A stretch of 64,000 nucleotides of DNA, taken from the NCBI GenBank assembly GCA_050011815.1, contig JBEKIJ010000012.1, positions 18,974 through 82,973 on the forward strand. Direction: 5' to 3'. The notes under the pieces are model-generated. The model searched no databases. It was not told where the DNA came from and saw only the letters and a list, made by a program, of their open reading frames with translations. The first letter of the stretch is position 1; every line of letters starts with the position of its first letter. The stretch comes from Acidimicrobiales bacterium (GTDB lineage: Bacteria; Actinomycetota; Acidimicrobiia; Acidimicrobiales; UBA8190). Of the stretch, positions 9,873 through 20,288 are shown piece by piece. A program made the position numbers and the translations under genes.

Positions 9873-10562
9873 GTGAAGGTGGGGGTCACCCTTCCCACGT
9901 TCCGCCATGACGCGTCCGCCGTCGAGGCCGCGCTGCGGGCCGAGGAGGTCGGCCTGGACGGGGTGTTCGTTTTCGACCATCTGTGGCCGATGGGCGCGCC
10001 CGAGCGACCCGCCCTGTCCGCCTTCCCCGTGCTCGGTGCGGTGGCCGCCGCGACGCGCCGGGTCTGCTTCGGCCCGCTGGTGGCGCGCATCGGGCTCGTC
10101 CCCGACGAGGTCCTCGTGGCCGAGCTGGTGTCGCTGGAGACGATGGCGCCGGGACGGCTCATCGCCGGGCTCGGGACCGGGGACACCAAGAGCGCGCCCG
10201 AGAACCTCGCCTACGGGATCGCCTTCGATCCCGCCGACGAGCGGCGGTTGGCCCTGGCCCGGTGTGGCCGGCACCTGGGCCAGGCCGGTGTGCCGGTGTG
10301 GGTGGGAGGTGGGTCGGTCTCCACCGTCGAGGTCGCGCTCGAGATCGGCGCCGCGGTCAACATGTGGGAGGGCCAGCCCGCCGCGGTGGCCGGTCTCCAG
10401 GCGCGCTGCGAGGTGACCTGGGCCGGCCCGGTGGCGGGAGAGGTCCCCCAGATCGCGCAGTGGCTGGAGGAGGTGGCCGGGGCCGGGGCCACCTGGGCCG
10501 TGTGCGCGTGGCCCGAGTCGATCGAGGCCGTGGCCGAGGCGGCCGCCTTCGTGCGCCGGTGA
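9873..10562 (+). CDS. LLM-class F420-dependent oxidoreductase (luciferase-like)
   Basis: 229 aa with a GTG start and a TIM-barrel LLM signature (GVFVFDHLWP, GLGTGD). Confidence 0.65.
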   Translation: MKVGVTLPTFRHDASAVEAALRAEEVGLDGVFVFDHLWPMGAPERPALSAFPVLGAVAAATRRVCFGPLVARIGLVPDEVLVAELVSLETMAPGRLIAGLGTGDTKSAPENLAYGIAFDPADERRLALARCGRHLGQAGVPVWVGGGSVSTVEVALEIGAAVNMWEGQPAAVAGLQARCEVTWAGPVAGEVPQIAQWLEEVAGAGATWAVCAWPESIEAVAEAAAFVRR

Positions 10563-10636
10563 GGCCGCCATCGGGGTGACGTCGCCATCGGGGTGACGTC
10601 GCCGGAGGGACAAAGGCCGGGGACTAACCTCTCGCG

Positions 10637-11839
10637 ATGGAGTTCCGACGGATCAACGGCCTGCCCCCGTACGTTTTCGCGCACATCGAGGCGCTGAAAC
10701 TGGCGGCCCGTCGAGCCGGTCGCGACGTCGTCGACCTCGGGTTCGGCAACCCGGACCTGCCCTCGCCCGATGCCGCGGTCGAGAAGCTGGCCGAGGCCGT
10801 CCACAATCCGAAGAACCACCGGTACTCGGCGAGCAAAGGCATCCCCAAGCTCCGCCAGGCGATCGCCGCGCTCTATCTGCGCAAGTTCGGCGTCGAGCTC
10901 GACCCCGACACCGAGGTGGTCACCACCATCGGGGCCAAAGAGGGCATGTCCCATCTCATGTGGGTGCTGCTCGGCCCCGGCGACAGCGCGCTCGTGCCGT
11001 CGCCGTCGTACCCGATCCACATCTACGCCCCGCTCTTCGCCGGCGCCGATGTCCGCCAGGTGCGGTTGGAACTGGCCACCAACGTCGACGGGCCCCCGGC
11101 GTCCGAAGCCTTCTTCGACAATCTCATGGAGTCGTGGGAGTCGGCCTGGCCCAAGCCGCGCGTGGTGGTGCTGTCGTTCCCCCACAACCCCACCACGGCG
11201 TGTGTCGACCTGGCCTGGATGCAGCGCATCGTCGACTTCGCCCGTGAACACGACATCATCCTGGTGCACGACTTCGCCTATGCCGACATCTCCTTCGACG
11301 GGTACAAGCCGCCCTCGATCCTCGAGGTCCCCGGGGCCAAGGACGTGGCCGTCGAGCTGTACTCGCTCACCAAGTCGTTCTCCATGGCGGGGTGGCGGGT
11401 GGCGTTCATGGTGGGCAACGCCGAGATCGTCGCCGCGCTCACCAAGTTGAAGAGCTACCTCGACTACGGCACCTTCCAGCCCATCCAGATCGCCGCCATC
11501 GTGGCCATGAACGAGGTGCCCGACTACCCCAAGTGGGTCAACGAGAACTACCTGGCCCGGCGCGACGCGCTGTGCGACGGGCTCAACCGCATCGGGTGGA
11601 ACCTGACGCCCCCCAAGGGGACCATGTTCGTGTGGGCCCCCATCCCCGAGCCCTACCGGGAGATGGGCTCGCTCGAGTTCGCCTCGTTCCTCGTGTCAGA
11701 GGCCGAGGTGGCCACCTCACCGGGGGTCGGGTTCGGGCCCGGGGGCGACGGCCACGTGCGGTTCGCGCTCATCGAGAACGAACAGCGCATCGGCCAGGCC
11801 ATCCGGAACCTGCGCAAGACCCTCACCAAGTTGCACTGA
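10637..11839 (+). CDS. Class I/II PLP-dependent aminotransferase (AlaC/AspC-like)
   Basis: 400 aa. Has the PLP lysine region [16 protein letters not shown] and the NPTT motif of fold-type I aminotransferases. Confidence 0.85.
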   Translation: MEFRRINGLPPYVFAHIEALKLAARRAGRDVVDLGFGNPDLPSPDAAVEKLAEAVHNPKNHRYSASKGIPKLRQAIAALYLRKFGVELDPDTEVVTTIGAKEGMSHLMWVLLGPGDSALVPSPSYPIHIYAPLFAGADVRQVRLELATNVDGPPASEAFFDNLMESWESAWPKPRVVVLSFPHNPTTACVDLAWMQRIVDFAREHDIILVHDFAYADISFDGYKPPSILEVPGAKDVAVELYSLTKSFSMAGWRVAFMVGNAEIVAALTKLKSYLDYGTFQPIQIAAIVAMNEVPDYPKWVNENYLARRDALCDGLNRIGWNLTPPKGTMFVWAPIPEPYREMGSLEFASFLVSEAEVATSPGVGFGPGGDGHVRFALIENEQRIGQAIRNLRKTLTKLH

Positions 11840-11869
11840 GCCGCCGCCACCCGACCGGGTGGGTCCGGC

Positions 11870-12244
11870 TCAGCGGCCCAGGGCGGCGACCAGGGCGTCG
11901 GGGTCTTCGAGGCTCAGGGTGAGCTGTCGGAGGTGGATGGGAATGCCCGTAGCCCAGGCGCGCACCGGGGGGTCGACGGTGATGGCCAGGAGCCCGGTGG
12001 CGGCGCCGTTCACGAGCCAGCGCCCCCGCCAGCCGTGCACGCCGATGCCACCGGGAAACCCTTGGCGGGGCTCGACGCCGGTGACGTGGTCCACCGGGAT
12101 CTCGGCGCGAAACGCCCACCCCATGTGGACGCGCAGGGTGCCGCTGTCGAGCTCGACCGTCGAGAACCGGGGCCCCATGCCCAGTGACGACAGCAGGGGG
12201 CGGAACGCGCCGTAGAGGATCTTGAACGAACCGGTGCCGGTCAT
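11870..12244 (-). CDS. Hypothetical protein, likely co-transcribed with the upstream TetR gene
   Basis: 124 aa ORF with GC3-rich codon usage, located 15 bp downstream of the TetR stop on the same strand. Confidence 0.45.
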   Translation of the reverse strand: MTGTGSFKILYGAFRPLLSSLGMGPRFSTVELDSGTLRVHMGWAFRAEIPVDHVTGVEPRQGFPGGIGVHGWRGRWLVNGAATGLLAITVDPPVRAWATGIPIHLRQLTLSLEDPDALVAALGR

Positions 12245-12259
12245 AGGTGGGTCAGTGTG

Positions 12260-12877
12260 TCACCGATGACCGAGGCGGCGCTGGGCGGCGGCGGGGGAGA
12301 GGATGCCCTCGAGGCAGAAGGCCACCGCGGCGGCGCCGGCCTCGTCGGCGGGCCGGCCCTGCTCCAAGACGAGCACCCTCGCCAGGCGGTCGGTCACGCC
12401 CAGGATGGCGTGGGCCAGTACCAGGGGATCGTCGCGGCGGATCATGTTGGCGGCGATGCCCGCCTTCACATGGGGCAGGGCATCGGCCACCGCCTGCTCC
12501 TCACCCTGGCGGATGAGGGGGGCGAAGCGCTCTTCGGTCCGGGCGAACTCGAGGAGCACGAAGAGATGGCGGTTGGCGTCGAGCCATTGCACCGAGGCCA
12601 TGATGCCCGCCTCGATCCGGCGCACGGGATCGGGCTCGTCCGCGATGGCCTGGCGCTGGGTGCGACGGAGGTCGCGTTGCGCGTCGGTCAGGATCTGCCG
12701 GAGCAGCTCCTCTTTGGAGGCGAAGTACCAGTAGAAGACGCCCTTGGCCACACCGAGGCCGTCGACGATGTCGGTGACCGAGGTGGGGTGGTATCCCTGG
12801 GAGGCGAAGCGCCGGGCGGCGTAGTCGAGGAGCTCGAGCCGGCGCCGCTGTCCCCGTGCGGTCAACCGGCGTGCCAT
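12260..12877 (-). CDS. TetR/AcrR family transcriptional regulator
   Basis: The N-terminal helix-turn-helix (TSVTDIVDGLGVAKGVFYWYFASKEEL) is canonical for TetR. Confidence 0.8.
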   Translation of the reverse strand: MARRLTARGQRRRLELLDYAARRFASQGYHPTSVTDIVDGLGVAKGVFYWYFASKEELLRQILTDAQRDLRRTQRQAIADEPDPVRRIEAGIMASVQWLDANRHLFVLLEFARTEERFAPLIRQGEEQAVADALPHVKAGIAANMIRRDDPLVLAHAILGVTDRLARVLVLEQGRPADEAGAAAVAFCLEGILSPAAAQRRLGHR

Positions 12878-12916
12878 CGGGGAGACGCTACAGGTGGTGT
12901 CGGTCGGGGTACGGGG

Positions 12917-12931
12917 TGCACATGTTGTGCA
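12917..12931. promoter_or_regulatory. Candidate TetR operator: TGCACA-tgt-TGTGCA inverted repeat
   Basis: Perfect 6-bp arms in the 68-bp divergent intergenic region between the TetR gene and plsC. It overlaps the plsC start codon. Confidence 0.3.
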
Positions 12932-12945
12932 TTTCGCCGAACCAC

Positions 12946-13740
12946 ATGGCGCGCTACCCTTTGGGCGTGGCCTACTGGGTGATGAAGGTCCTGCTCAGCC
13001 CCGTCTTCTACCTCCTGTGGCGCATCAAGGTCGAAGGGCGCGAGCACGTTCCCGCCACCGGGCCGGTGATCCTGGCGCCCAACCACGTGACGTTCCTGGA
13101 CTCCATGTTCCTCCCCCTCGTGTTGCGCCGGCGCGTCACCTTCGTGGCCAAGGCGGAGTACTTCGACTCGTGGAAGACGGCGTGGTTCTTCCGCGCCGCG
13201 GGGCAGATCCCCATGCGGCGCGAGGGCGGGAGCGCCTCGGAGCGGGCCCTGGCCGCGGCCCGCGACGTCCTCAAAGAAGGCAGGGTGCTCGGGATCTACC
13301 CCGAGGGCACGCGGTCGCCCGACGGGCGGCTGTACCGGGGCCACACCGGGGCGGCCCGGCTGGCGCTCGGGTGCGGGGCCACCATCGTCCCGGTGGGACT
13401 GGTGGGAACGTCTCTCGTCCAGCCCCCGGGTTCCAACCGGCCCCGGTTGTTCAAGAAGGTGACGGTGCGCTTCGGGGCCCCTCTCGACCTGTCGCGCTTC
13501 GAGGGCGAGGCGGCCGGCGACCCGCTCATGCTGCGGGCCGCCACCGACGAGCTCATGTTCGAGATCCGCAACCTGTCGGGACAGAGCTACGTCGACCGGT
13601 ACGCCAAACGCCACAACGTCGTGGGGGGTTCCGACGTGGCGCGCGTCCACGCCTCGACCAACGGCGACGGTTACGGGGACGCCCCCGTGTCGTCCCGCAC
13701 GCCCCAGCACGCCGGCGCCACGTCGGAGCCCGCCGCCTGA
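12946..13740 (+). CDS. plsC: 1-acyl-sn-glycerol-3-phosphate acyltransferase (lysophospholipid acyltransferase family)
   Basis: Has the acyltransferase HX4D motif (NHVTFLD) and an EGTRS motif. Alternative starts exist at 12922 and 12856. Confidence 0.7.
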   Translation: MARYPLGVAYWVMKVLLSPVFYLLWRIKVEGREHVPATGPVILAPNHVTFLDSMFLPLVLRRRVTFVAKAEYFDSWKTAWFFRAAGQIPMRREGGSASERALAAARDVLKEGRVLGIYPEGTRSPDGRLYRGHTGAARLALGCGATIVPVGLVGTSLVQPPGSNRPRLFKKVTVRFGAPLDLSRFEGEAAGDPLMLRAATDELMFEIRNLSGQSYVDRYAKRHNVVGGSDVARVHASTNGDGYGDAPVSSRTPQHAGATSEPAA

Positions 13741-13830
13741 ACCCGCCGCCTGAACCCGCCGCCTGGGCTCAGGGTCGCCCGGTCGAGCGGCGTCGGGCCC
13801 GGCCACGCGCGCACGTGGTGAGAACGCCGG

Positions 13831-15750
13831 CTACCGGTTGGTGACGACCTCCGACCACGCCCCGGTGGTGAAGAGGTGGGGGGTGCCGGTGCCGTCGGCG
13901 GGGACGCTCCAGGTGTCGGTGGCGAGCTGGGTGCCGTCGGCGATGTTGGGAGTGGTGGCGGCGAGGGGGTTGAGCGAGGCGATGGCCTGGTCCTGGAGGA
14001 CGCCGTAGAGGACGGTGGAGTTGTCGAGCCACTCCACCTGGTCGTCGACGCTGCGGGTCTCGGCCAGGGGGTGGACCTTCAAGGTGGCGAGGTCGACGAC
14101 CGACAGCCGCCACTTCACGACCGAGCCCGGAAGCCGCCGCTTGAAGGCGATCTCCCGGTTGTCGGGGGACAGCGAGGGGCACTCGACGTTGGACATGATC
14201 ACCGAGGCCCGGCGCGTCTCGAGGTCACCCTCGATCAGGTAGGTCTGGCCGCCCGTTCCGAGGGTCGCATAGAAGTGGCGGCCGTCGTTGGCGAAGGTGA
14301 CACCCCAGAAGTTGAAGTCGGGGGCCTCGAAGGGCTTGCCGTTCTTGGTCACGGCGAGCTGTTCGAGGTCGAAGAGGACCGTCCCCGTCCGCATGTCGAT
14401 GACGTCGGTGCGCGTGGAGTACTGGCCGACCGTGGCGTAGGAGTCACCGCGGACGAACGTCGTGACCGACCCGTAGCGGCCGTCGGGCGAGACCCGGGCC
14501 CGACTCGGGAGCCCGGTGAGCGACACCTCGTGCAGCTTCTTGAAGTGGGCGTCGAAGACGATCGCACTCGTGGTGATGTAGAGGCCGGTCGACGGCCTGG
14601 TCAGGCAGAGGCCGACGCCTCCTTCGAAGTCGACACGGTTGCACGACAGGGGGGTCGTCGCCCTCGGCCCCGCCGGGTCGTCGGCGGCCACCAGGTCGAG
14701 GCGTCCGTAGTCGCCGTCGAGCGTGGTGCTGCGGAAGAGCAGATCCGAGCCGGCGCTCAGACCCTGGGTGGGGAGGGGCATCTGGGGCACCGCCGGCGAC
14801 TGGCCGAGCGCGGCGGAAGGGTCGTTGAGCGCGCCGTGGAGGACCGAGGCACTCAACAGGACGATGACGAGCGCGGCCATGACGGCGAGGACCACGACGG
14901 GGCGGGTGAGAGACCTTCGCCGGGGCGTGCTCCCCTCCGCCGCCGGCGTCCGGCGGGGCAGCGCCACGACCAGGAGCATGGGGACGAGGTAGCCGAGCCA
15001 CACCACGACGTCGAGGAGGACCGGGTAGGGCTGAATGCCGAACATCCCCGTCACGATGGAGGAGGTCACGGTCCCGGGGGGTGTGAAGTGCGACCAGTCG
15101 AATTGTGGCGTCTGGGCGAAGACCAACCACCCCGCGGCGTTGGCCGCCTGGACCGCGGTCATGGCCAGGCCCGCGGCGCTGAGGACGAGGACGAAGGCGG
15201 TCGCCCGGAAGAACCGGGCGATGTGGAGGTGAAGACCACCGCGCACCACCGCGACCCCGACGATGACGGCGAGCACCACCCCCGCCACCGCGCCGACGGT
15301 CCCGAGGACCGGACTGCTGGCCTTGGTCCCGATGAGGGCCAGGACGAACACCGAGATCTCGAATCCCTCTCGAAGCACGGCGAAGAAGGCCATGGCGGCC
15401 AGGGCTCGACCCGACCCGCGCGCCAGACGTGCCGCGGCGGTGGCGCCGGAATCCTGCATCAGGTCCTTGGGGAACCGGCGCATCCAGATGACCATGTAGG
15501 TCACGGTCAGGACGGCGACCACCCCCACCACCGCTTCGAACCGATCGGCGGCGATGGTGGAGAGGTTGACCTCGACGATCCGCAGCGTGATGGCGACGAC
15601 CAGGCACAGCGCCGCCGCCGCCGCCGAGGCCAGCCACACCAGCCGCAACTGGTCGCGCCGTCCCTGATGGTTGAGGAAGACCGCGATCGCTCCGAGGATG
15701 ACGACGGTCTCGAGGCCCTCGCGGAGGCCGATGACGAATGCCGGCAGCAC
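13831..15750 (-). CDS. FTR1/EfeU-family iron permease fused to a C-terminal ~350-aa beta-propeller-like extracytoplasmic domain
   Basis: The N-terminal half has 7 TM segments and two REXXE motifs (REGLET, REGFEIS). The C-terminal half is a soluble, Gly/Thr/Asp-rich domain with repeated beta-strand patterns (TolB/PD40-like). Confidence 0.75.
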   Translation of the reverse strand: MLPAFVIGLREGLETVVILGAIAVFLNHQGRRDQLRLVWLASAAAAALCLVVAITLRIVEVNLSTIAADRFEAVVGVVAVLTVTYMVIWMRRFPKDLMQDSGATAAARLARGSGRALAAMAFFAVLREGFEISVFVLALIGTKASSPVLGTVGAVAGVVLAVIVGVAVVRGGLHLHIARFFRATAFVLVLSAAGLAMTAVQAANAAGWLVFAQTPQFDWSHFTPPGTVTSSIVTGMFGIQPYPVLLDVVVWLGYLVPMLLVVALPRRTPAAEGSTPRRRSLTRPVVVLAVMAALVIVLLSASVLHGALNDPSAALGQSPAVPQMPLPTQGLSAGSDLLFRSTTLDGDYGRLDLVAADDPAGPRATTPLSCNRVDFEGGVGLCLTRPSTGLYITTSAIVFDAHFKKLHEVSLTGLPSRARVSPDGRYGSVTTFVRGDSYATVGQYSTRTDVIDMRTGTVLFDLEQLAVTKNGKPFEAPDFNFWGVTFANDGRHFYATLGTGGQTYLIEGDLETRRASVIMSNVECPSLSPDNREIAFKRRLPGSVVKWRLSVVDLATLKVHPLAETRSVDDQVEWLDNSTVLYGVLQDQAIASLNPLAATTPNIADGTQLATDTWSVPADGTGTPHLFTTGAWSEVVTNR

Positions 15751-16076
15751 GAGAGCGCTCTAGCTGCTCAGGGCGGTGGCGGGGGCGGTCGAGCTCGTAC
15801 CGGCGTCAGACCAGCCGCGCCGGTGCCACCTCTCGCCCGACGACTGCCCACAGACAGCGCCTTGCCACACGTCGTTCACCACGGACCACCTTCTCGGTAC
15901 CTTCTCTGACCATCGGCACCGCGGCGACCGGGCCTTGAGGAGCCGGGGCGATGCCCGGCGCGGGTGCCCTTGCGAGGGCGCAGAGAACGCTCACTGTGCC
16001 TCGATCGGACGCCGATAGTGGCGGTGGGCCCTCCGGGATCCGTCACCCGGTGACCCGGGGCGGCGCCTGAGCGCGT

Positions 16077-16622
16077 CTACCAGCCGACGGTGCCGTCGAC
16101 GAGCTCGCGGATGAGATCGGCGTGGCCGTTGTGGCGGGCGTACTCCTCGATCATGTGGACGTAGATCCACCGCAAGGAGCAGGGCTCGCCGTCTCGCAGC
16201 CCGGTGTCGTCGAGGGAGTGGGCGGCGGCCGCCGCTCTGCTGCGCTCACACTCCTCGCGCCATGTGGCGAGGTCGGTCTCCCAGTCCGCCTCGTCGAGGG
16301 GCACGAGCTCGCTGTCCTCGACTTCGGGGTCGTACCAGATCGGTGGTGCCTCGGAATCACCGAGCAGGGTCCTCCGGAACCAGCCCCGCTCCACTTCCCC
16401 CATGTGGCGAACCAGGCCGTGCAGCGACAGGTTCGAGGTGGGGACGGGCCGTGCCTTTCGACCGGCATCGGTCATCCCCTCGCACTTGAGCAGCAACGTG
16501 GTCCGGTGGAACTCGAGCCACCGTTCGAGCATGGCCCGTTCCGGGGCCACGTAGGGCGGCTCGCTCCGTCGGGGGTCCACCAGATCTTCCACCATGGGAC
16601 ACCCCCTCGCCGGGTCGAGCAC
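16077..16622 (-). CDS. DinB_2/DUF664 family protein
   Basis: The C-terminal IYVHMIEEYARHNGHADLIRE motif is characteristic of actinobacterial DUF664 (DinB-like four-helix bundle). The start may instead be the internal ATG at 16595. Confidence 0.6.
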   Translation of the reverse strand: MLDPARGCPMVEDLVDPRRSEPPYVAPERAMLERWLEFHRTTLLLKCEGMTDAGRKARPVPTSNLSLHGLVRHMGEVERGWFRRTLLGDSEAPPIWYDPEVEDSELVPLDEADWETDLATWREECERSRAAAAAHSLDDTGLRDGEPCSLRWIYVHMIEEYARHNGHADLIRELVDGTVGW

Positions 16623-16658
16623 CTACCCGCCAAGCTAGACGGCGACACGCCGCCCCGG

Positions 16659-18509
16659 TCAGCCGAAGGTGAAGTCGTAGGCGTCCACTCCGGGTGAGAC
16701 GTCGAGCACGATGGTGTCCGACTCGTATTCCGACGACGACACCAGCGTGTAGAGCCGGGGGATGCCCGACACGTCGAAGGTCTGGGTGTGCGATCCGACC
16801 GTGGCCTTGACGGTGCCCGTCCCCCCGAGGACCAGGTACACGTCGTTGGCCTGGAAGGCGAGCTCGATGCGGGCGTCGGCGCCGGCGGTGATCTTCTCCG
16901 GTCCCACCGTCCACGTGCCGGAGAAGGCCAGGTAGTCGGAGGGGAGCGAGCCGGGGAACTTGTAGACGGCGGGTTGGTTCTCGGAGATGGTGGTGCCGTC
17001 GTAGTTGGGCAGCCCGTACTTGTAGCCCAGGTAGGACTCCGGCGTCTGCTCACTCGTCGGCGTCTTGTCGGGGACGTCGGTGCGCCCCGGGAGCACCACC
17101 TTCGGGTTGGCATCGGTCAGGAGTGTGCGGATGAGCGACTCGGTGACGCCGTAGTCCCCCTCGCCGAACTCGGCGTGGCGGACCTGACCGGTGGCGTCGA
17201 TCAGGTACTCGGCCGGCCACGACTCGTTCTGGTAGGCATCCCAGGTCTTGTAGTTGTTGTCGATGGCGACGGGGTACACCACGCCGAGCTGTTTGGCAGC
17301 TTGGGAGACGTTCGACACGACGTGCTCGAAGGCGAACTCCGGGGTGTGGACACCCACGACCTCGAACCCGTCCTTGTGATACCTCGAGTACCAGGACTCG
17401 ACATGGGGCAGCGACCGTTGGCAGTTGATGCACGAGTACGTCCAGAAGTCGACCAGGAGCACCTTGCCCTTGAGCGACGCCAGCGACAGGGGCCGATCAC
17501 CGGGCGTGTTGAGCCAGGCCGCGATGCCCTGGAAGTTCGGGGCGGCGCCGCAGTCCTCGAGCGAGGACAGGCCCGGCGCGCAGCTGCCCAGCTTTCCCGT
17601 CTTCTTCTCTTGCTTGATCGACGCCAACTCTCTCTTGGCATAGGAACCACCTTCGACGTGGTTCTGGAGGATGGTCGTGTACCCGGGCACGACGCGTTGC
17701 AGGCCGTTGGTGACATTGAAGGCGATGAGCAACGTCATGGCCAGGAGCACCACGCCGCCGATCTGTCTGGCCCGCGCCGCATGGGCCCGGAAGCCCGAGA
17801 CCCGTTCGGCCACGCGCTGGCCCGCCAGCGCGAACACGAGCAAGGGCACCGAGGCCCCCAGGGCGAAGTCGATGGTGAGCACAACCGAGGCCAGGCCGAC
17901 GCGGTGGTTGGCGCTCACCACGGAGATGGCGGTCAGCACCGGGCCCGCGCACGGCACGAAGAGGGCGCCGAGTCCGAGCCCGAGGACGAACCCGCCGGCG
18001 TTCCCGTTGGGTTGGCGCTGGGCCGCCCGGGCGAAGGGCCGCTCGAGGAGGTGCCCGAGCGGGGGGACGATGAGCCCGGCCGCCACCACGCCGAGGATGA
18101 CGAGCCCGGCGTCGCGCAGGAAGTCCTGAGGCAGCCCGAGGGCGCTCAGCAGGGAGGACCCGACCAGGGTGACGATGCTGAAGCTGACGACGAGCCCGGC
18201 CACCACCGCGTAGGCGCGGTAACTGCGGGCCCGGCCCTCGAGCAGCGACCGGGTCCGGACGGTGGTCGACCGCGTGGGGCGCACCGCCACCCGGAGGGTG
18301 TCGCCCGAGCCTCTCGTCCCTGCCGGCACGCGCGTGCGGGTCGGTCGAGATTCGGCTCCGGGCTCTCCGCTTGCGGTGTCGGTCTCGGCGTCGTCTGTCG
18401 TCGGCACCGTCGCCCCGGCCACAAGGACCACGGGGAGGACCGGCAAGATGCACGGGGAGATGCCCGCGATCATCCCCGCGACGAATCCGATGCCATACAG
18501 CAGGAGCAC
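16659..18509 (-). CDS. dipZ: Cytochrome c-type biogenesis protein DipZ (CcdA membrane domain, thioredoxin-like domain and C-terminal domain)
   Basis: The N-terminal CcdA motif (AGISPCILPV) and 6-8 TM segments are followed by a TlpA/ResA-like thioredoxin domain with a WTYSCINC motif and a ~200-aa C-terminal domain. This matches the mycobacterial DipZ architecture. Confidence 0.8.
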   Translation of the reverse strand: MLLLYGIGFVAGMIAGISPCILPVLPVVLVAGATVPTTDDAETDTASGEPGAESRPTRTRVPAGTRGSGDTLRVAVRPTRSTTVRTRSLLEGRARSYRAYAVVAGLVVSFSIVTLVGSSLLSALGLPQDFLRDAGLVILGVVAAGLIVPPLGHLLERPFARAAQRQPNGNAGGFVLGLGLGALFVPCAGPVLTAISVVSANHRVGLASVVLTIDFALGASVPLLVFALAGQRVAERVSGFRAHAARARQIGGVVLLAMTLLIAFNVTNGLQRVVPGYTTILQNHVEGGSYAKRELASIKQEKKTGKLGSCAPGLSSLEDCGAAPNFQGIAAWLNTPGDRPLSLASLKGKVLLVDFWTYSCINCQRSLPHVESWYSRYHKDGFEVVGVHTPEFAFEHVVSNVSQAAKQLGVVYPVAIDNNYKTWDAYQNESWPAEYLIDATGQVRHAEFGEGDYGVTESLIRTLLTDANPKVVLPGRTDVPDKTPTSEQTPESYLGYKYGLPNYDGTTISENQPAVYKFPGSLPSDYLAFSGTWTVGPEKITAGADARIELAFQANDVYLVLGGTGTVKATVGSHTQTFDVSGIPRLYTLVSSSEYESDTIVLDVSPGVDAYDFTFG

Positions 18510-18629
18510 GGTCGGGCGGCCCTCTCTCCGACGCCTCGGTGGCGTCCGGTACCGCCATCGTACGAAGGGGGCGGTCGGAAACGACGTCGCCTCGCGCCGG
18601 CCATGACGCCTCCTTCGGAGGCGGCGCCT

Positions 18630-20150
18630 TCAGCTCCCGGGGACCGCCCACCGCAGTGACCGCTCGACGGCGTGGCGCCAGCCCTCATAGGCGCGATCGG
18701 CCGCCACCTCCGTGACCTGAGCCTCGAACCGGGCGTCGAGGGACCAGATCGACTCGAGGTCGCCCACCGTCTCCCACACGCCTTCGGCCACTCCCGCCAG
18801 CGTGGCGGCACCCAGGGCGGTGGTCTCGGTGGTGGTGGGACGGGCGACGGGCACGCGCAACTGGTCGGCTTGGTTCTGCAACAGGAGGTCGAGGACGGCC
18901 GCACCGCCGTCGACGCGCAAGGCGGCGAGCTCCGCCCCGGCCTTCTTCATGGCGTCGACCACGTCGCGCACCTGGTACGCCATGGCCTCGATCACGGCCC
19001 GGGCGATGTGGGCGGCTCCCACACCCCGGGTGAGACCGGTGATCGTCCCGCGCGCGTAGGGGTCCCACCACGGGCTGCCGAGCCCGGTGAAGGCGGGCAC
19101 CACGAAGACCCCCTCGCTGTCGTCGACCTGCTCGGCCAGCGGTCCGATGCCGGCCGCCTCCTCGATGAGGCCGAGCCCGTCGCGGAGCCACTGGATCGCC
19201 GCGCCCGTGACGAACACCGCGCCCTCGAGCGCGTAGGCCACCGGCGACGAGCCGCCGTGCTCGCCGAGGTCCCACGCCACCGTGGTGAGGAGGCCCTCGG
19301 AAGGCGGCGGGCACTCCTCACCGACGTTCAGCAGCACGAAGCTCCCCGTCCCATAGGTCACCTTGGCCATACCCGGTGACACACAGGCCTGGCCGAAGAG
19401 GGCGGCCTGCTGATCCCCGGCCACCCCGCTCACGGGCACACCGGCGATGGCGGGCGCCTGGTCGCCGAGCACTCCCCGCACCACACCGAACCGCCCGCAC
19501 GAGGGCCGCACCTCGGGGAGCGCGGCCCGGGGCACGCCCAAGATGTGACACAGCTCGTCGGACCAGCACCGCTCCCGGATGTCATAGAGCAAGGTGCGCG
19601 AGGCGTTGGTGGCATCGGTGACGACCGCCCCGCCGTCGGTGGCACCGGTGAGGTTCCAGATCAACCAGGCGTCGACGGTCCCGAGCACCAGGTCGTCGGT
19701 GACCTTCACCCCCCCGGGGCCGAGCAGCCACTCCATCTTGGTGCCCGAGAAGTACGGGTCGAGGACCAGGCCGGTGCGGGCGCGCACCACGGGAAGATGG
19801 CCCTCGGCGCGCAGCTGGTCGCATCGCTCGGCGGTGCGCCGGTCCTGCCACACGATGGCCCGGTGCAGCGGCTTCCCCGTGGCCCGGTCCCAGGCGACCA
19901 CGGTCTCTCGCTGGTTGGTGATGCCGATGGCCGCCACCGCGTGGCCCGCGGCGTGGCGGCGCCCGGCCACCTCGGCCACCGTGGTCACCACCGAGTCCCA
20001 GATCTCGGCCGGATCGTGCTCGACCCATCCTGGGCGGGGGTAGTACTGGGCGAGCTCGCGGTATGAGACGTCGATGACGGCCCCGGTCTCGTCGACGGCG
20101 AGGGCCCGGACGCCGGTCGTCCCCGCATCGATGGCGATCACGCAGGCCAC
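18630..20150 (-). CDS. glpK: Glycerol kinase
   Basis: A 506-aa version starting at the GTG of VACVIAIDAGTTG. FGGY-family signatures run throughout (WDRATGKP, GTSCF-like, VDGG). The 605-aa ORF includes an implausible N-terminal extension. Confidence 0.85.
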   Translation of the reverse strand: MACVIAIDAGTTGVRALAVDETGAVIDVSYRELAQYYPRPGWVEHDPAEIWDSVVTTVAEVAGRRHAAGHAVAAIGITNQRETVVAWDRATGKPLHRAIVWQDRRTAERCDQLRAEGHLPVVRARTGLVLDPYFSGTKMEWLLGPGGVKVTDDLVLGTVDAWLIWNLTGATDGGAVVTDATNASRTLLYDIRERCWSDELCHILGVPRAALPEVRPSCGRFGVVRGVLGDQAPAIAGVPVSGVAGDQQAALFGQACVSPGMAKVTYGTGSFVLLNVGEECPPPSEGLLTTVAWDLGEHGGSSPVAYALEGAVFVTGAAIQWLRDGLGLIEEAAGIGPLAEQVDDSEGVFVVPAFTGLGSPWWDPYARGTITGLTRGVGAAHIARAVIEAMAYQVRDVVDAMKKAGAELAALRVDGGAAVLDLLLQNQADQLRVPVARPTTTETTALGAATLAGVAEGVWETVGDLESIWSLDARFEAQVTEVAADRAYEGWRHAVERSLRWAVPGS

Positions 20151-20288
20151 GGTCGGGGACCCTATCCGGACCCCCAGGCACGACCCGGTGGGGCTCGACC
20201 CGCCCTCGCCGCGGGCCCCGGGTGCAAACCTTCGCGAACGGGTCGCGACCAGGGCCGACGCCGGACCGATCCCGTTGACACCTTCGTA

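Noticed and set aside
8718-10613. 631-aa and 586-aa minus-strand ORFs opposite the glucokinase and LLM region
   Set aside because: They are antisense to ROK and LLM genes with clear motifs. Their sequence is of low complexity.
13876-18659. Long plus-strand ORFs (677 aa and 623 aa) opposite the FTR1 and DipZ genes
   Set aside because: They are antisense to genes with clear domain signatures. Their products are dominated by Gly, Asp, Arg and Glu repeats typical of GC-rich reverse frames.
18371-18715. Small ORFs in the DipZ-glpK junction
   Set aside because: They overlap the DipZ 5' end and the glpK 3' end in alternative frames. There is no RBS or motif support.
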